57,177 nt of DNA from an uncultured archaeon (lineage in GTDB: Archaea; Iainarchaeota; Iainarchaeia; Iainarchaeales; 1-14-0-10-31-34), in assembly GCA_964442255.1 (NCBI GenBank), contig CAYTYC010000006.1, positions 1 to 57,177 on the forward strand, in the 5' to 3' direction. The notes beneath the pieces are model-generated. The model worked only from the letters and a program-made list of their open reading frames with translations. It was not told the origin of the DNA and searched no databases. Made by a program: the position numbers and the translations under genes. Below are positions 18,788-28,713 of this stretch, in pieces (position 1 is the first letter of the stretch; each line of letters begins with the position of its first letter).

Positions 18788-19408
18788 TTATTCTTCCGCC
18801 TTGACCTTTTTTCCTTCAACCTTTATTTTTCCTTCCGCGAATTTTTGGATGCACCACGGAAAAAGCTCTTTTTCGGCTTCCTGAACCTTTTCCTTCAGGC
18901 TTTCAACACTTTCGCCTTCCTCCACTTTCACTTCCTTTTGCGCTATAACCGGCCCGGCGTCCTCTGACTCGTCCACAAAAAAGATTGTGCACCCTGAAAC
19001 CTTTTTTCCCGCTTCCAGCACTGCCTTGTGCACGTCTTTGTTCATTTTTCCCGCGAATTCCGGCAAAAGCGAGGGGTGCACGTTCATCGCCCGGTTTCTC
19101 CATTTTTCAACAAACTTTTTGCTTATCCACCGAAGGTAACCAATCAGGCAAACCAGCTGAATGTTTTCCCTTTCCAGCACTTCCATCACTTTTTCATCGA
19201 ATTCTTCCCTTGAAGAAAACTTTTTCGGGTCAATGAACTCTGCTTTAATTCCGTGTTTTTTCGCCCTTTCCAATGCAAACGCGTTTTCCTTGTCCGAAAT
19301 TACAACCGCGATTTCCGCATCCAGTTTCCCTGATTCAATTGCGTCAATAATTCCCTGCAAAGTGGTTCCACGGGTTGAAGCCATTACAGCCAAACGCAGT
19401 TTTTCCAT
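18788..19408 (-). CDS. purN: Phosphoribosylglycinamide formyltransferase
   Basis: GTTLQGI, NVHPSLLP, SGCT, DAGPVIAQ. Confidence 0.93.
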   Translation of the reverse strand: MEKLRLAVMASTRGTTLQGIIDAIESGKLDAEIAVVISDKENAFALERAKKHGIKAEFIDPKKFSSREEFDEKVMEVLERENIQLVCLIGYLRWISKKFVEKWRNRAMNVHPSLLPEFAGKMNKDVHKAVLEAGKKVSGCTIFFVDESEDAGPVIAQKEVKVEEGESVESLKEKVQEAEKELFPWCIQKFAEGKIKVEGKKVKAEE

Positions 19409-19470
19409 TCTTCCACCAAAAGAGATATATATCTCAAACGCAATTACTTTTTTAAAGAGTGATTTGATTT

Positions 19471-20043
19471 ATGCCCGGAAGCAGACCAAGATTTGCCAGC
19501 ATAGCTGCTGCAAAACAAGAACTTGCACCAAGGTTTCATGAAGGATCCGGTTATAAACCCGAAGAAAACGCGAAACGCTTTAGACAGCTTGCAGAAAGCG
19601 AAACTGGTGACGTCAAAAGATTCCTTCTCAGGCTTGCGGGAGGGGAAGAACGCAAAATAAAGAAAAAAATCGCCGGACTTGAGGAAAAGCAAATCTTTTC
19701 TCAGGCTTTAATTCAAACCGAAATGCTTTTGCACGCGCAGTCCGGCGACAAAAAAGGCTTCATGTATCGCCTTGAAACTGAACTTGAAGAAAGGTGCCGT
19801 TTTTTTCCAGCAACCAAAATGCACCCCGAGCAAAGAAAAGCATATGGCAAAATGCTTGTTGAGCGTTCAATTTACTTGTCGGAATGGCTAGCCTCACAAG
19901 AAAAGCTTCCCGCTTTTGCGGTAGGTGTTCTGAGCCAGGCTTTGCCTGCCGCAAGATATATTGGGGACAAAGAACTGGCGGCAAAACTGACGCAAGAATT
20001 AATGGCAAAGATTGAAAAACTTGAATCCAAAGGAAAAGACTAA
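19471..20043 (+). CDS. Orphan hypothetical protein (helical, basic N-terminus)
   Basis: 190-aa ORF filling the purN-folD gap on the opposite strand; no family recognised. Confidence 0.7.
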   Translation: MPGSRPRFASIAAAKQELAPRFHEGSGYKPEENAKRFRQLAESETGDVKRFLLRLAGGEERKIKKKIAGLEEKQIFSQALIQTEMLLHAQSGDKKGFMYRLETELEERCRFFPATKMHPEQRKAYGKMLVERSIYLSEWLASQEKLPAFAVGVLSQALPAARYIGDKELAAKLTQELMAKIEKLESKGKD

Positions 20044-20879
20044 CCCTTCTGCTTTTTTACCGCAATTAAAACGTTTTCAGTCACGCCCGCCACAGTCATC
20101 GGCCCGACTCCGCCCGGAACAGGCGTAATCAGCGAGGCCTTTTCCTTCACTTTTTCAAAGTCCACGTCGCCTTTCAGCTTTCCTTCAACTTTTGTGGTTC
20201 CAATATCCACCACAACCGTGCCTTCCTTCACCATGTCGCCTGAAATAAGCCCGGGCTTTCCGACCGCAACAGCCAGAATATCCGCCTTCAATGTTTCCGC
20301 CTTCAAATCTTTTGTTGATTTGTCGCAGTACGTGACCTTTCCTCCGCGGTTTTCCAGCATTACACCCAAAGGCTTTCCAACAATTTTGCTGGTTCCCACC
20401 ACAACGCAGTTTTTTCCCTTTACTTCCACATTGTATTCTTCCAGCAATTTGATGACGCCTTTCGGGGTGCAGGGCGCAAGGCTTTCGTCGCCTTCCAAAA
20501 CCTTTTTTTGGTTCACCGGGTGAAAGCCGTCCACGTCCTTTTCCGGCGCAACGGCATCCATGATTTTTTCCCTGCCAATCTGCTCCGGCAAGGGAAGCTG
20601 AACAAGAATTCCGTCCACTTCCGGGTCTTCATTCAGTTCCTCAATTTTTTTCAGCAATTCTTTTTCTGAAACACTTTCAGGAAACTCCAGTTTCCTTACC
20701 TCAATTCCGGCCTCTTTGCACGCCTTTTCCTTTGCCTTCACGTAAACAAGGGAAGCGGAATTGTCCCCAACCAGCACAACCGCAAAAACAGGCTTAATTT
20801 TAAGGAATTCAATTTCTTTCTTCACTTTTGCGCGCAGTTTTTCCGCTGTCTTTCTTCCGTCCATCAGCTCAGCAGGCAT
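20040..20879 (-). CDS. folD: Methylene-THF dehydrogenase/cyclohydrolase
   Basis: GILVQLPLP, KDVDGFHP, PCTPKG, TPVPGGVGPMT. Confidence 0.96.
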   Translation of the reverse strand: MPAELMDGRKTAEKLRAKVKKEIEFLKIKPVFAVVLVGDNSASLVYVKAKEKACKEAGIEVRKLEFPESVSEKELLKKIEELNEDPEVDGILVQLPLPEQIGREKIMDAVAPEKDVDGFHPVNQKKVLEGDESLAPCTPKGVIKLLEEYNVEVKGKNCVVVGTSKIVGKPLGVMLENRGGKVTYCDKSTKDLKAETLKADILAVAVGKPGLISGDMVKEGTVVVDIGTTKVEGKLKGDVDFEKVKEKASLITPVPGGVGPMTVAGVTENVLIAVKKQKG

Positions 20880-20900
20880 AAACATTTTTCCCCTGAAAAA

Positions 20901-22139
20901 CTAATAAATAACGAACTCTTTGCACAATTCCAGGACTTTTCCGCGGATTTCCTTTTTCTTCCTTTCATCATTTACGTGGTCAATTGCCTGTGAAATGAAT
21001 TCCGCGATTTCCTTCATTTCGCTTTCCTTCATTCCCCGCGTAGTTAAGGCCGGGGTCCCCAAACGGATTCCGCCTGGGTCCAAAGGCTTCCGCTTGTCAA
21101 ATGGAATCATGTTCTTGTTGCAGTAAATTCCCGTTTCATCCAATGCAAGCTCTGCCTCCTTTCCGCCCACATTCTTGTTCGTTAAATCCACAAGCAGCAA
21201 GTGGTTGTCTGTTCCCCCCGTAACAAGCCTGAAGCCGTGGTCCATCAGCCCTTCAGCCAGCGCCTTCGCGTTTTTCACAACCTGCGAGGCATAGTTTTTG
21301 AATTCCGGCTGGAGGTCTTCCCTGAATGCAACAGCCTTTGCGGCGTTTGTGTGGTCGTGCGGCCCTCCCTGCAATCCGGGAAAAACCTTTTTGTCTATTT
21401 CTTTTGCGTGCCGCTCCCTGCACATAATCATTGCCCCGCGCGGCCCCCTCAAAGTTTTGTGCGTCGTGGTTGTGACCACGTCAAAAAAGGGGACAGGGTT
21501 TTCATGCATTCCCGCACAGCACAATCCGGCGATGTGCGCAATGTCAGCAAAACTCACCGCCCCGGCATCCTTTGCGATTTCCGCAAACTCTTTGAAGTCA
21601 ATTTTTCTCGGGTAAGCGCTTGCCCCGCTTAAAACCATTTTCGGCTTCTCTTTTTCCGCAATCCTCCTGACTTCGTCCATGTCCAGTGTTTCGGTTTCCC
21701 TGTCCACTGCATACGGAATCGGGCTGTAAAGCATTCCGCTGAAGCTGAGCGGATGCCCGTGGGTCAAGTGCCCTCCGCACGCCAAATCCATGCCCATGAA
21801 CCTGTCCCCCACCTGCAGGAAAGCCATGTAAACCGCAAGGTTTGCCGGGCTTCCCGAATAGGGCTGAACGTTCACGTGCTCCGCGTTAAAAAGCTTTTTT
21901 GCCCTTTCAATCGCCAGATTTTCAATCACGTCAATAAATTCGTTTCCCCCGTAATACCTTTTTCCAGGGTATCCTTCCGAGTACTTGTTCGTGAAAATTG
22001 ACCCCATTGCCTCAAGCACAGCCAGACTCACGTAATTCTCGGACGCAATCAGCTCCAGCCCGTTCATTTGCCTTTCAAGCTCTTTTTGAAGCGCTGATTC
22101 AATTTCTGAATCAAGTTTTTTCAGGTTATCGGTTTGCAT
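20901..22139 (-). CDS. glyA: Serine hydroxymethyltransferase
   Basis: LIASEN, YSEGYPGKRYYGG, GGHLTHG, TTTTHKTLRGPRG. Confidence 0.97.
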   Translation of the reverse strand: MQTDNLKKLDSEIESALQKELERQMNGLELIASENYVSLAVLEAMGSIFTNKYSEGYPGKRYYGGNEFIDVIENLAIERAKKLFNAEHVNVQPYSGSPANLAVYMAFLQVGDRFMGMDLACGGHLTHGHPLSFSGMLYSPIPYAVDRETETLDMDEVRRIAEKEKPKMVLSGASAYPRKIDFKEFAEIAKDAGAVSFADIAHIAGLCCAGMHENPVPFFDVVTTTTHKTLRGPRGAMIMCRERHAKEIDKKVFPGLQGGPHDHTNAAKAVAFREDLQPEFKNYASQVVKNAKALAEGLMDHGFRLVTGGTDNHLLLVDLTNKNVGGKEAELALDETGIYCNKNMIPFDKRKPLDPGGIRLGTPALTTRGMKESEMKEIAEFISQAIDHVNDERKKKEIRGKVLELCKEFVIY

Positions 22140-22271
22140 TCCTTTTTCCACCTCTTTGGATGCAAAAATTAGGGATAAAGTGTTTTAAAGCCTTTTTTCT
22201 TTCCGGCTTTTTTGCTTTCCCTAAAACCGAAAGCCTTTAATTCAACGCAATAGTTAATTCTTTGAGGAAAA

Positions 22272-22949
22272 ATGGCGCGTAGACCGATTGCAGCCGCATT
22301 AAGGGGCAGGGCAGGACCAATGCGTGTCAGCGTCCGCAACATGCCCCGCAATCCCGGAATCCTTTCAAAAATCGGCCACGCTGCCGCAGGGCTTGCTTCA
22401 GCCGGCGCATTCCACCAGGTAAGGGACGTGGCTGGAAGGGCGGGAAGGTTTGCGAAAAGGCAGCTTGCGGAAGACTCAAGGCTGAGAAAAGCCTTAAGCA
22501 TGGGGGAAGCCGAAAAAAGGGAGGTTCAGCTGGAGAACTTGAAAGGGCGTTTCACCGAATTTTTGGAGCAGGGAAAGGTTGCCGAAGCCGCGGAAGCAAT
22601 GGCATTGCACCACGCAAAAAAGCCTGAATTGCTTTTAGAGGAAGTGAATCACCTGATGCGTTTTCCCCAATTCAATGAAAACCGGAATGCAATGGTGTGG
22701 CTCCTGCTTTTGAGGGCGCTTGCTTTGAAGCAGCTCGTCCAAAGGGAGGCCCGCCGCGACCCCGTACGTTCGGCAAAGCTTTTAGCCAATTATTTCAGGG
22801 CCCTGAGGAAAGCAGGAAAGCTTTACAGGGAAGGGGCGCTTGAAAAAGGCCAGAATGAAAAATTCAGCCAGTTTGTGAAGGCAGCGACAATTAACAGGTT
22901 TCAGGGCATGGTTCAGCAGCAGCTTGGCCTGCCGGTTCAGCAGGAATAA
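22272..22949 (+). CDS. Orphan hypothetical protein (Arg-rich N-terminus)
   Basis: 225-aa ORF with GAGG RBS and upstream TTTAAT box, opposite strand to flanking genes. Confidence 0.72.
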   Translation: MARRPIAAALRGRAGPMRVSVRNMPRNPGILSKIGHAAAGLASAGAFHQVRDVAGRAGRFAKRQLAEDSRLRKALSMGEAEKREVQLENLKGRFTEFLEQGKVAEAAEAMALHHAKKPELLLEEVNHLMRFPQFNENRNAMVWLLLLRALALKQLVQREARRDPVRSAKLLANYFRALRKAGKLYREGALEKGQNEKFSQFVKAATINRFQGMVQQQLGLPVQQE

Positions 22950-24227
22950 TTATCCCCCGTTTTTGAGGGCTTTCTTAACTTCCCCGACCACAAAAATTGA
23001 GCCAGCAACCAAAAGCATTTCATCCTTCTTCAAATGCTCGAGCGCGTACTTGAATGCTTTTCCGCAGTCCTTGATTACTTTCACGTGCGGAGTGAATTTT
23101 TTGAATTCCCCGCGTAAAAGTTTTGGCTTTAAACCCCTGTGCTGTGCCTGGCACACCACAACAGAGTCCACCAGCGGGGCAATGTTTGCGGCCATGGACT
23201 TGTAGTCCTTGTCGCCTGAGGTTCCCATAACCATTTTGATTTTGTAGTGCCCGTTAAGTTCCTTTAAGCTGTTTTTCAGCCTCCTGAAGGCTCCGGGGTT
23301 GTGCGCTGCGTCAAAGACAATGAAGGGCTTTTTTCTGTAAACTTCAAACCTTCCCGGCCATTTCGCTTTCGCCAACCCCTGCCTTGCAATTCTTTTGTTG
23401 ACTTTTTTCAGCCCTAACGCCTCCACAACAGCCAGGGCTGTTGCCGCATTAATTACCTGGTGAGCGCCAAAAAGCGAAATCGTGGCCTTCCTCAGTTTCC
23501 ATTTTGCCCCAAAGTAGTCAAAGAACTGTTTTTTCAGCGTGAAGCCGTCCCTTTCAAATTTCACGTCTTTTCCCACCAAAACCAGCCTTGAACCCTTTTC
23601 CCTGCACTTCCTTTTGATTACATCCAAAACCCGCTTTTTCTCTGTTGCGGTCACCACAACCGAGTTTTTCTTGATTATTCCTGCCTTTTGCAGGGCAATC
23701 TTTCGGAGGTTTTTTCCAAGGGTTTTCATGTGCTCGCGGTCAACGTTTGTCACCACCTGCGCCTTTGACTTCACCACGTTTGTTGCGTCATGCTTTCCGC
23801 CCATTCCCACCTCCAATACAACCCATTTAACCCTTTTTTTTGCGAAAAAATGCAGTGCCATTGCGGTCAAAAACTCGAAGAAAGTCGGGTTAAAGCCCGG
23901 CGCCCTTTCCATTGCCTTCCTCACTTCGGTTGCGCATTTCGCGAAATCCTTGTCGGAAATATTTTTTCCGCGGTACTGGATGCGTTCATTGTATTTCACC
24001 AGATGCGGGGAAATATTCATTCCCACCCTGTAGCCCGCGTCAAGCATGATGCTGTAAACCATTGCGCAGACAGAGCCTTTTCCGTTGCTTCCCGCCACGT
24101 GAATGAATTTCAGCCTTTTTTCCGGGTTTCCCAAAAGGAACAGGAGAGTGCGGATGTTTTTCAGCGTATAGTTTGCCCTCTTTATGCGAAGGGAATCAAT
24201 AAACTCCACAGACTGCCTGTAATTCAT
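22950..24227 (-). CDS. folC: Folylpolyglutamate synthase/dihydrofolate synthase
   Basis: IHVAGSNGKGS, SPHL..NERI, LEVGMGG..DATN, WPGRFE, DAAHNP. Confidence 0.95.
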   Translation of the reverse strand: MNYRQSVEFIDSLRIKRANYTLKNIRTLLFLLGNPEKRLKFIHVAGSNGKGSVCAMVYSIMLDAGYRVGMNISPHLVKYNERIQYRGKNISDKDFAKCATEVRKAMERAPGFNPTFFEFLTAMALHFFAKKRVKWVVLEVGMGGKHDATNVVKSKAQVVTNVDREHMKTLGKNLRKIALQKAGIIKKNSVVVTATEKKRVLDVIKRKCREKGSRLVLVGKDVKFERDGFTLKKQFFDYFGAKWKLRKATISLFGAHQVINAATALAVVEALGLKKVNKRIARQGLAKAKWPGRFEVYRKKPFIVFDAAHNPGAFRRLKNSLKELNGHYKIKMVMGTSGDKDYKSMAANIAPLVDSVVVCQAQHRGLKPKLLRGEFKKFTPHVKVIKDCGKAFKYALEHLKKDEMLLVAGSIFVVGEVKKALKNGG

Positions 24228-24284
24228 TTCCAGTTACCGCGAAAAATAGTTACGTTATTTTTCCACCAACAGCCTTTAAAATAT

Positions 24285-25811
24285 TTACTCTGGGCGTTTT
24301 TCCGGTGAAATTCGTTCAAAGGCCCACACAGGCTTTCCGCAGCTTCTTTTCCCTTCCGGGCAAAAGGGCTTAACCCCCGCCCGAAACCTTGCGCGGCAGT
24401 TTGGCCCCACAAATTCCGCGAGTTTCGGCGCCTTTTCCATTACCTGCTCCAGCTCTTCCGCCGCTGTTTCCCATATTTCCCTCTGCGAGTTAAAGCACAA
24501 ACGCATTCTCCATTTGTGCAAATAATTCAGCAAATTCCCTGACTCAATTATCCGCAGATTCAATGCATTGGGAAGCAGGTAATTTGCGTCGGCTTCCTTA
24601 ACCCCTGCCTTCAAAAGCCCGTTCCTTTTTTTCCACAACTCGTCCATCCACTTTTCGTAAACTTTAAGGCTTTCCGTGTTCCGTTTTATTAGGAATGGAG
24701 TGAAATAATCCGGCTTCTCCGAAACAGTTGCAAGAAGCAAGGGCCTTGCCGACGGCGTCATGCGGTGCCTCTGGTTCTGGCTGTCGCAGGAATGCGAAAT
24801 TTTTTTCTTGAACACAAAATTAACGCTGTTCAGCGCACGCATAAGCGGAGAAACAGTTGAAATGTTGAGTGTTTCCGAAAGCAAAGAATTCTTTTTCGGG
24901 TCCAAAACAAGTTCAATCGCTTTCCCATCTTCAAGCTCTTTTTTAGTCTTCCCGAGCACTGCCCTCACGCTGTCCCCAAAAACTTTTTCAGCATTCTGGG
25001 TAAAGGAAACAAGCAAAGATTTCCTTTCACCTAACTCTTTATCAAATTCTTCAATGAATTCCCCTGTTTTCACTTCACCAAATTCCTTTAAGGCCTTGAA
25101 TTCAGGGGTTTCCTCTAATGGAATCGGATCACCAACACCCTCAAAAAACTTTGAATCAATCTTCTTCACTTCTTCAGCCATTTTCCCTATCACTTTCTTT
25201 GCTTCCCAACCCACATCCAGCGAATTCACGCTTTTGTGCAGCCTGTAAAGCGTCAACCCGTTCACGGAATGCACAAGCGAGGTGTGCGCCGCCACAGGCA
25301 GGCAGTACCTTGCAATTTCCATTGCCTTTTTTTCCAGCTCCCTTTCCTTTTTTTTGTCGACTTCCGAGCCGGCTTTTTTCTTAAGGTCTTCCAAAAGCAT
25401 TCCAGTGAGCTTTTCATAGACTTCCCACGCTTTTGCAACAGTTTCCTCAAAAATTTTTCTTTTTTTTTCGCCCATTTCCGGAACCGCTGCGGCGGGCTCC
25501 TTTAATTTCACGTATCTCTGCGAACTTTGAGAAGAATTGTAGAACGGGTGGGAGTGCAGGAAGCTCCAGACAAACTGCCTTGAAACGTTTTCCAGGGCAA
25601 ACTCAAAGCTTGCGTGCGAGAAAACCGTGTGGTGGCCGCCTTCAAAAGTGCCTTTTCCAATCCTTTCAATTTGCTCGGCAGTAAGCCCCCCTCTTTCAGC
25701 GACTTTGGGCGAATAACAGGTTCTTGCCGCCGCAACCGCGTCCTTGTACGGCTCCTGAAACCAGTTCAAAAGCCTTGCTTTTGGCTCAGGGCTTAAAATT
25801 TTTTCCCCCAT
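24285..25811 (-). CDS. thyX: Long, two-domain FAD-dependent thymidylate synthase (ThyX-like)
   Basis: GHHTVFSH..VSR..SQRY in domain 1; QRHR and RLCFNSQREI in domain 2; next to folate genes and tmk. Confidence 0.8.
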   Translation of the reverse strand: MGEKILSPEPKARLLNWFQEPYKDAVAAARTCYSPKVAERGGLTAEQIERIGKGTFEGGHHTVFSHASFEFALENVSRQFVWSFLHSHPFYNSSQSSQRYVKLKEPAAAVPEMGEKKRKIFEETVAKAWEVYEKLTGMLLEDLKKKAGSEVDKKKERELEKKAMEIARYCLPVAAHTSLVHSVNGLTLYRLHKSVNSLDVGWEAKKVIGKMAEEVKKIDSKFFEGVGDPIPLEETPEFKALKEFGEVKTGEFIEEFDKELGERKSLLVSFTQNAEKVFGDSVRAVLGKTKKELEDGKAIELVLDPKKNSLLSETLNISTVSPLMRALNSVNFVFKKKISHSCDSQNQRHRMTPSARPLLLATVSEKPDYFTPFLIKRNTESLKVYEKWMDELWKKRNGLLKAGVKEADANYLLPNALNLRIIESGNLLNYLHKWRMRLCFNSQREIWETAAEELEQVMEKAPKLAEFVGPNCRARFRAGVKPFCPEGKRSCGKPVWAFERISPEKRPE

Positions 25812-25872
25812 TTCAACCAGAAAACTTTGAACAGGAAAAGCATTTTAAAGCAATTCAGCCCCTTTTCTTTTC

Positions 25873-26460
25873 ATGGGCTTAAGGAAACTTTTGGGGCTGA
25901 AGCGAAAGCCCCCTGAAACAAGTGCCTCAAGGCGGGCTTTTCTCAAAAAGTCTGTTTTAGCCGCCGCATGGTATGGCGCCGCAAAAAAGCCGGCAGGCGG
26001 GTTCCTTGTCTTTCATGGAAAAAAATACAAGGCCTCGCCGAAAGCAGCCGAAACCAGACTCCCAGAACGGCTTCCTCACGGGGCAAGAACTTTGGAAGTG
26101 GACTTAAGCGAAAGAAAAATGCATTTAAAGGTGAACGGAAAAACGGTTGTCACTTTTCCTGTTGCCGTGGGGAAAAAAAGCAGGTCCACGCCAACAGGAA
26201 GGTTTAAGCTGCACACACCGATAATAAATCCAACTTATTCAGACGGCAAAAGAGTTATTAAGCCCGGCCCAAACAACCCGATGGGTGCAGTTAAAATTCT
26301 CTTCAAAGAGCAAGGATACTTTTTCCTGCACGGAAACAGCAACCCGGAGGAAATTGGCAAGGCAAGCTCACTTGGCTGCGTCAGAATGTACAACGAGCAC
26401 ATCATATGGCTTGTGGACAGGCTTCCAAAGCGCGGCACCGAAATTTGGGTCCGCGAGTAA
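25873..26460 (+). CDS. L,D-transpeptidase (YkuD) family protein with twin-arginine motif
   Basis: SRRAFLK; FPVAVGK..TPTG, PGPNNPMG, HG-x-SSLGCVRMYN. Confidence 0.88.
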   Translation: MGLRKLLGLKRKPPETSASRRAFLKKSVLAAAWYGAAKKPAGGFLVFHGKKYKASPKAAETRLPERLPHGARTLEVDLSERKMHLKVNGKTVVTFPVAVGKKSRSTPTGRFKLHTPIINPTYSDGKRVIKPGPNNPMGAVKILFKEQGYFFLHGNSNPEEIGKASSLGCVRMYNEHIIWLVDRLPKRGTEIWVRE

Positions 26461-26508
26461 AGCATTAAGTTAAAAAATTCGTTTGCCTTTTTCTTTAAAG
26501 GTGGGTTT

Positions 26509-27162
26509 TTGAAGGGAAAAATAATTGTTTTTGAGGGCCTTGACGCAAGCGGAAAAGCCACGCAGGCAAAGCTTTTGTGCGCGAAGATGCGCAAGGCGCG
26601 GAAAAAAGCCGAAGTAATTTCTTTCCCGCAGTACGAACGCTTTTTTGGCGCATTGGTGGGAAAATACCTCCGCGGGGATTTCGGAAAAAAGGAGTCCCTG
26701 GCGCAGGAATTTGCCGCACTCCTGTACTCTTTGGACAGGTATGAAGCCAAGCGGCGCATAGAAAAAAAATTGCCCCAAGGCATTAACCTGATAATGGACC
26801 GCTACACTGAAGCAAACCTTTACCATGCCGCAAGATTTTCAAGCAAAAAACAGCAGTTGGATTACATTAAATGGATTAAAAAAGTTGAAAGCCGGATGCC
26901 TCCCGCAAACGTGACTTTTTTCCTTGACATGCCTGAAAAGGCCGCAAAGCTTTTGCTGAAGAAAGAGGGAAAAGAAAAGGACATCCATGAACTTGACAGG
27001 GCTTTCCAGAAGCGCGTGAGAAAAGTTTTTGAGGAAGAAGCCAGGAAAAACAAAAAATGGGTGAAGGTTAACTGTATCCGGAAAAAGGGCGCGGGCTTTG
27101 AAATTAAATCAAAGAAAGAGATTGCGGACGAAGTGTGGGGGAAAATAAAAGAAAAGATTTAG
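26509..27162 (+). CDS. tmk: Thymidylate kinase
   Basis: FEGLDASGKATQ P-loop, FPQY, MDRY, DIHE. Confidence 0.92.
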   Translation: MKGKIIVFEGLDASGKATQAKLLCAKMRKARKKAEVISFPQYERFFGALVGKYLRGDFGKKESLAQEFAALLYSLDRYEAKRRIEKKLPQGINLIMDRYTEANLYHAARFSSKKQQLDYIKWIKKVESRMPPANVTFFLDMPEKAAKLLLKKEGKEKDIHELDRAFQKRVRKVFEEEARKNKKWVKVNCIRKKGAGFEIKSKKEIADEVWGKIKEKI

Positions 27163-27662
27163 TATCTGCGTTTAGCTTCCTTTATCGCCCTTATTTTCTG
27201 AAGGGTTTTATGGGTTCTTTCAAGGAAATCCGCGTTGCTAATGGCTTCCTCTAAATGATTCAAAAGGCTATTTGGTTTAAGTCCTTCAACTTCAAATACC
27301 CCTACAATGTCTCGGAGAGTTCTTAGCCTCACGCCAAAGCCTTTCTTCTGCATAACTTGAAATCCTCCAAGTTCAACAAATTTTTCATAAAACTTTTGTG
27401 CTTTAGAATAGCTGAAACCCATTTCTTTTACAGTGTAAGGTTTTTTGGGCGGGGGCATAGGTTTAGACGGTTCCTCTATATACCTCCTTTCCCGCCTCCC
27501 AACAGCTCTTGCAGCTGCTTTTTCTGCGTCTCTTCTTTCCAGGCCGCTTTTCCCTGATTTAATCCGTTTTATGGGAACATCTCCTTTTTTGCCGGGCTTT
27601 TTTCCTTCGCCTCCCGGCGGCTGCCCCGTACCTGAGCGCTTCAGTCTTCTCCAAACCGGCAT
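27159..27662 (-). CDS. Orphan hypothetical protein (basic, Pro/Gly-rich N-terminus)
   Basis: 167-aa ORF filling the tmk-porB gap; no family recognised. Confidence 0.65.
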   Translation of the reverse strand: MPVWRRLKRSGTGQPPGGEGKKPGKKGDVPIKRIKSGKSGLERRDAEKAAARAVGRRERRYIEEPSKPMPPPKKPYTVKEMGFSYSKAQKFYEKFVELGGFQVMQKKGFGVRLRTLRDIVGVFEVEGLKPNSLLNHLEEAISNADFLERTHKTLQKIRAIKEAKRRY

Positions 27663-27683
27663 AGTTTTACCTTAGATAATTTT

Positions 27684-28682
27684 TCACTCAATCACGTCAA
27701 AAACCTTTCCTTTTTTCTCCAAATCAGAAAGGAACTGGTACCTGCCGTTTAAATGCTTTTGCACTTTTTCCAGCTCGGATTCGGTTAAGTGCTTGAAGCG
27801 CTTCTGCCTGATTAAGTAGTCTTCCACCGGCTTCAATTTCTCCGGCTTAACGCTGAACTTCACTTTCCCGTTTTCAATTTCATACAACGGAAACACGCCT
27901 GTTTCAACCGCAAGCCTGCACAATTCAATGGACTCCTCGCACTGGTGGCCCCAGCCAGTGGGGCAGGAACAGATAGCGTGAACATAGCCTGGCCCGTCCA
28001 CTTCCAAAGCCTTTTTCACTTTTTTGTTCAAATCCTGCAAATGAGAGGGAGAAACAGTCGCAACATACTTCACCCCATGCGAGGCGATAATGTAAGGCAA
28101 AGGCTTTTTTGGCAGGATTTTTCCGTGAATTTCCTTTCCCGCAGGGGTTGTGGTGGTGGCCGCATACAGCGGGGTTGCGCCGCTCCTCTGCACCCCTGTA
28201 TTCATGTAGGCCTCGTTATCGGTGCAAACATACAGAAACTTGTGGTTCCGTTCAATCGCGCCGCTCAAGGACTGCAGCCCGATGTCAAATGTTGCGCCGT
28301 CGCCTCCGAACACAACCAAATTTATTCCATTCCTTTTCCCCTGCTTTATTAGCGCTTCATCAATCCCTGAAGCGATTGCCGGCGCGTTCTCGAAGGCCCC
28401 GTGAATCCACGGGATTTTCCACGCGGTTTCGGGGTAAGGGCTTGACACAACCTCGCCGCAGCCTGTCGCGCTCACCGCGATGGTGTTTTTTCCCGCTGCC
28501 TTCAGCACGTGCCTTATCACAAGGACTTCCGCGCAGCCCGCGCAAGCCCTGTGCCCTGAAGAAAAAAGCTCTTCCCTCTCCAAACCCAAAATTTTTTCGC
28601 TGCTTTCTTTGGCGGCTGAACCCGCCTTTTTTCTCTTTGGCTTCCTGAATTTTCCGCCCAAAAGCTTTTTCTTTTTTCTCAC
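27684..28682 (-). CDS. porB: Pyruvate:ferredoxin oxidoreductase beta subunit
   Basis: GHRACAGC, GGDG..DIG TPP motif, DNEAYMNTGVQRS, CPTGW. Confidence 0.94.
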   Translation of the reverse strand: MRKKKKLLGGKFRKPKRKKAGSAAKESSEKILGLEREELFSSGHRACAGCAEVLVIRHVLKAAGKNTIAVSATGCGEVVSSPYPETAWKIPWIHGAFENAPAIASGIDEALIKQGKRNGINLVVFGGDGATFDIGLQSLSGAIERNHKFLYVCTDNEAYMNTGVQRSGATPLYAATTTTPAGKEIHGKILPKKPLPYIIASHGVKYVATVSPSHLQDLNKKVKKALEVDGPGYVHAICSCPTGWGHQCEESIELCRLAVETGVFPLYEIENGKVKFSVKPEKLKPVEDYLIRQKRFKHLTESELEKVQKHLNGRYQFLSDLEKKGKVFDVIE

Positions 28683-28713
28683 TTAAACCACTGCTCCGGC
28701 TTTTTTTCCGTGT

